Assembly (NCBI GenBank): GCA_945869845.1
Contig: CAMBRG010000005.1
Coordinates: 522-64,521 of the forward strand
From: Opitutus sp. GAS368
GTDB lineage: Bacteria; Verrucomicrobiota; Verrucomicrobiia; Opitutales; Opitutaceae
Direction: 5' to 3'
Length of the DNA stretch: 64,000 nt
Both the position numbers and the translations under genes were made by a program. The notes below the pieces were generated by a model, which was given only the letters and a program-made list of their open reading frames with translations, was not told the origin of the DNA and searched no databases. Positions 62,791 to 64,000 of the stretch are shown here, in pieces. Position 1 is the stretch's first letter. Each line of letters begins with the position of its first letter.

Positions 62791-62836
62791 TTCACTTCAA
62801 AAGTTCGTGGTTTGATCCATGTCGGGCAGCCAGTGG
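62786..62836 (+). repeat. att-like repeat, copy E: distal part of the arm plus a 20-bp exact copy of the tRNA-Gln 3' end
   Basis: GATTCACTTCAAAAGTTCGTGGTTTGATCCATGTCGGGCAGCCAGTGG. Positions 62817-62836 are identical to 13841-13860. Confidence 0.85.
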
Positions 62837-62885
62837 GATGGAAAGGCTGCGAAAATCGACTTAGGGAAGCGAAGCCTTTACGGCA

Positions 62886-62919
62886 CAAAAAAGCCGGCGG
62901 GCAGAAAGCGCGCCGGCCT
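62886..62919 (-). terminator. intrinsic terminator of fba
   Basis: On the minus strand, a GGCCGGCG ... CGCCGGC stem followed by TTTTTT, about 30 nt after the fba stop. Confidence 0.6.
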
Positions 62920-62946
62920 GTTCCGATGGCGAGGTGACGCGTCGGT

Positions 62947-63897
62947 TTACTTAGCCAAGGAGGCGCGGAGGCTTTCGAGTTGGCCGGCGCTGCCGAGGAG
63001 GACGTTGCGGCTGGCGATGAATTTCGCGTATTCCTCGATGAAGATTTTGCCGGGTGGGCGGAAATCGAAATCACCGGGCTTGTCGCGGAAGTATTCGCGA
63101 TGGACGCGGGTCCAGACGAGGCGGCCGTCGGTGTCGATGTTGACCTTCGTGACCCCACGTTTGGCGGCGGGAAGGTATTCGTTTACATCGACGCCCATGG
63201 AGCCGGCGATCTGGCCGCCGGCGGCGTTGATGCGGGCGACTTCGTCCTGCGGGACCGAGGACGAACCATGCATGACGAGCGGGTAACCGGGGAGGCGCGC
63301 TTTGATCTTTTCCAAAACGTCGAAGTGGAGGGATTGTTTGCCCTTGAATTTAAAAGCGCCGTGCGAGGTGCCGATGGCGCAGGCCAAGGAATCGCAGCCG
63401 GTCTTTTTGACGAAGTCTTCGGCCTCAACGGGGTCGGTGAGGCAGGCATTACCTTCCTCAACTTTGATGTCTTCTTCGACGCCGCCGAGCATACCGAGTT
63501 CGGCCTCGACCGAGATGCCTTTGGCGTGCGCCCGATCGACGACGCGTTTGGTGATCGCGACGTTCTCGTCGAACGGATCGTGCGAGGCGTCGATCATGAC
63601 GGAACTGAAAAAGCCGGAATCGATGCATTCGTAGCAGGTCTGCTCGTCGCCGTGATCAAGATGGACGGCAAAAATAGCTTCGGGAAAGATTTCTGCAGCC
63701 GAGCGGATGATCGCTTCGAGCATGCGCTTGTCGGTGTATTTCCGGGCACCTTTGGAAATCTGGATGATGAACGGAGCCTTGGAATCAATGGCGCCCTTGA
63801 AGAGGCCCATCGCCTGCTCGGCGTTGTTAATATTGTAGGCGCCGACGGCGTATTGACCGTAAGCGTGTTTAAAGAGCTGGGCAGTAGTGACGATCAT
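62947..63897 (-). CDS. fba: class II fructose-bisphosphate aldolase
   Basis: 316 aa. MIVTTAQLFKHAYGQYAVGAYNINNAEQ..., the metal-binding context AVHLDHG, and SVEAELG / LVMHGSS, all typical of class II FBA. Confidence 0.95.
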   Translation of the reverse strand: MIVTTAQLFKHAYGQYAVGAYNINNAEQAMGLFKGAIDSKAPFIIQISKGARKYTDKRMLEAIIRSAAEIFPEAIFAVHLDHGDEQTCYECIDSGFFSSVMIDASHDPFDENVAITKRVVDRAHAKGISVEAELGMLGGVEEDIKVEEGNACLTDPVEAEDFVKKTGCDSLACAIGTSHGAFKFKGKQSLHFDVLEKIKARLPGYPLVMHGSSSVPQDEVARINAAGGQIAGSMGVDVNEYLPAAKRGVTKVNIDTDGRLVWTRVHREYFRDKPGDFDFRPPGKIFIEEYAKFIASRNVLLGSAGQLESLRASLAK

Positions 63898-64000
63898 GGG
63901 CGTGTTGGATGAAGAGAATCGCCGACACCGTGCCGACCGGAAAATTATGCGACAAGGGAAATTTCCGCGGAAGACGCGGGCCGGGTCCCGGGGGACGCCG

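Noticed and set aside
19937-62836. The 43-kb segment as a prophage or conjugative element
   Set aside because: I could recognise no capsid, terminase, tail, relaxase, type IV secretion or recombinase genes. The content is metabolic and transport genes.
62980-63912. 310-aa ORF on the + strand
   Set aside because: It is antisense to the class II aldolase gene, whose identity is clear.
1-64000. CRISPR arrays or other regularly spaced short repeats
   Set aside because: Reading the intergenic regions, I found no series of equally spaced direct repeats. The only multi-copy elements are the att-like repeats and the IS ends.

Overview
GC-rich bacterial chromosomal segment. The gene families present (two PSCyt1/DUF1549/DUF1553 + DUF1501 pairs, a PVC-type haem-binding dehydrogenase, three TonB-dependent receptors, sulfatases) suggest a member of the PVC superphylum, most likely an Opitutales-like verrucomicrobium; this assignment is an inference, not a search result.

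Layout:
(1) 1-13.7 kb is core genome: a ribose-type sugar ABC transporter, a TPR protein, a SEC-C/YchJ-like protein, an HNH endonuclease, a GAF sensor kinase, glnD and valS.
(2) tRNA-Gln(UUG) lies at 13783-13856.
(3) 13.86-62.84 kb is an accessory block. It is delimited and subdivided by copies of the 3' end of that tRNA, each preceded by the same ~175-bp arm. Its contents are: a DUF4143 AAA ATPase gene split by an intact IS21-family element with a 5-bp target duplication; a decayed transposase; a DinJ/RelB-type toxin-antitoxin pair; and two paralogous ~16-kb and ~26-kb loci.
(4) The class II fructose-bisphosphate aldolase gene (fba) sits at the right edge.

Each of the two large loci encodes an MFS transporter, DUF1501, a PSCyt/DUF1553 giant protein, a TonB-dependent receptor, a Tat-exported xylose-isomerase-like TIM barrel, a cytochrome c-linked beta-propeller dehydrogenase and a GntR regulator. 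Extra genes are a GMC oxidoreductase, DJ-1/PfpI and Gfo/Idh/MocA (locus 1 and its boundary), and crotonase, a family III CoA-transferase and two sulfatases (locus 2).

The observations I rate highest:
- An att-like repeat architecture, suggesting stepwise accretion of integrase-less elements at tRNA-Gln.
- A GMC flavoprotein translationally coupled to a PSCyt/DUF1553-DUF1501 pair, giving a testable function for that enigmatic pair.
- A shared GntR-type operator motif linking three promoter regions of locus 2.

No CRISPR array, rRNA or prophage structural genes were seen. Start codons were chosen by hand, frequently at ATGA/GTGA stop-start overlaps. Many long ORFs in the supplied track are antisense or out-of-frame shadows typical of high-GC DNA.
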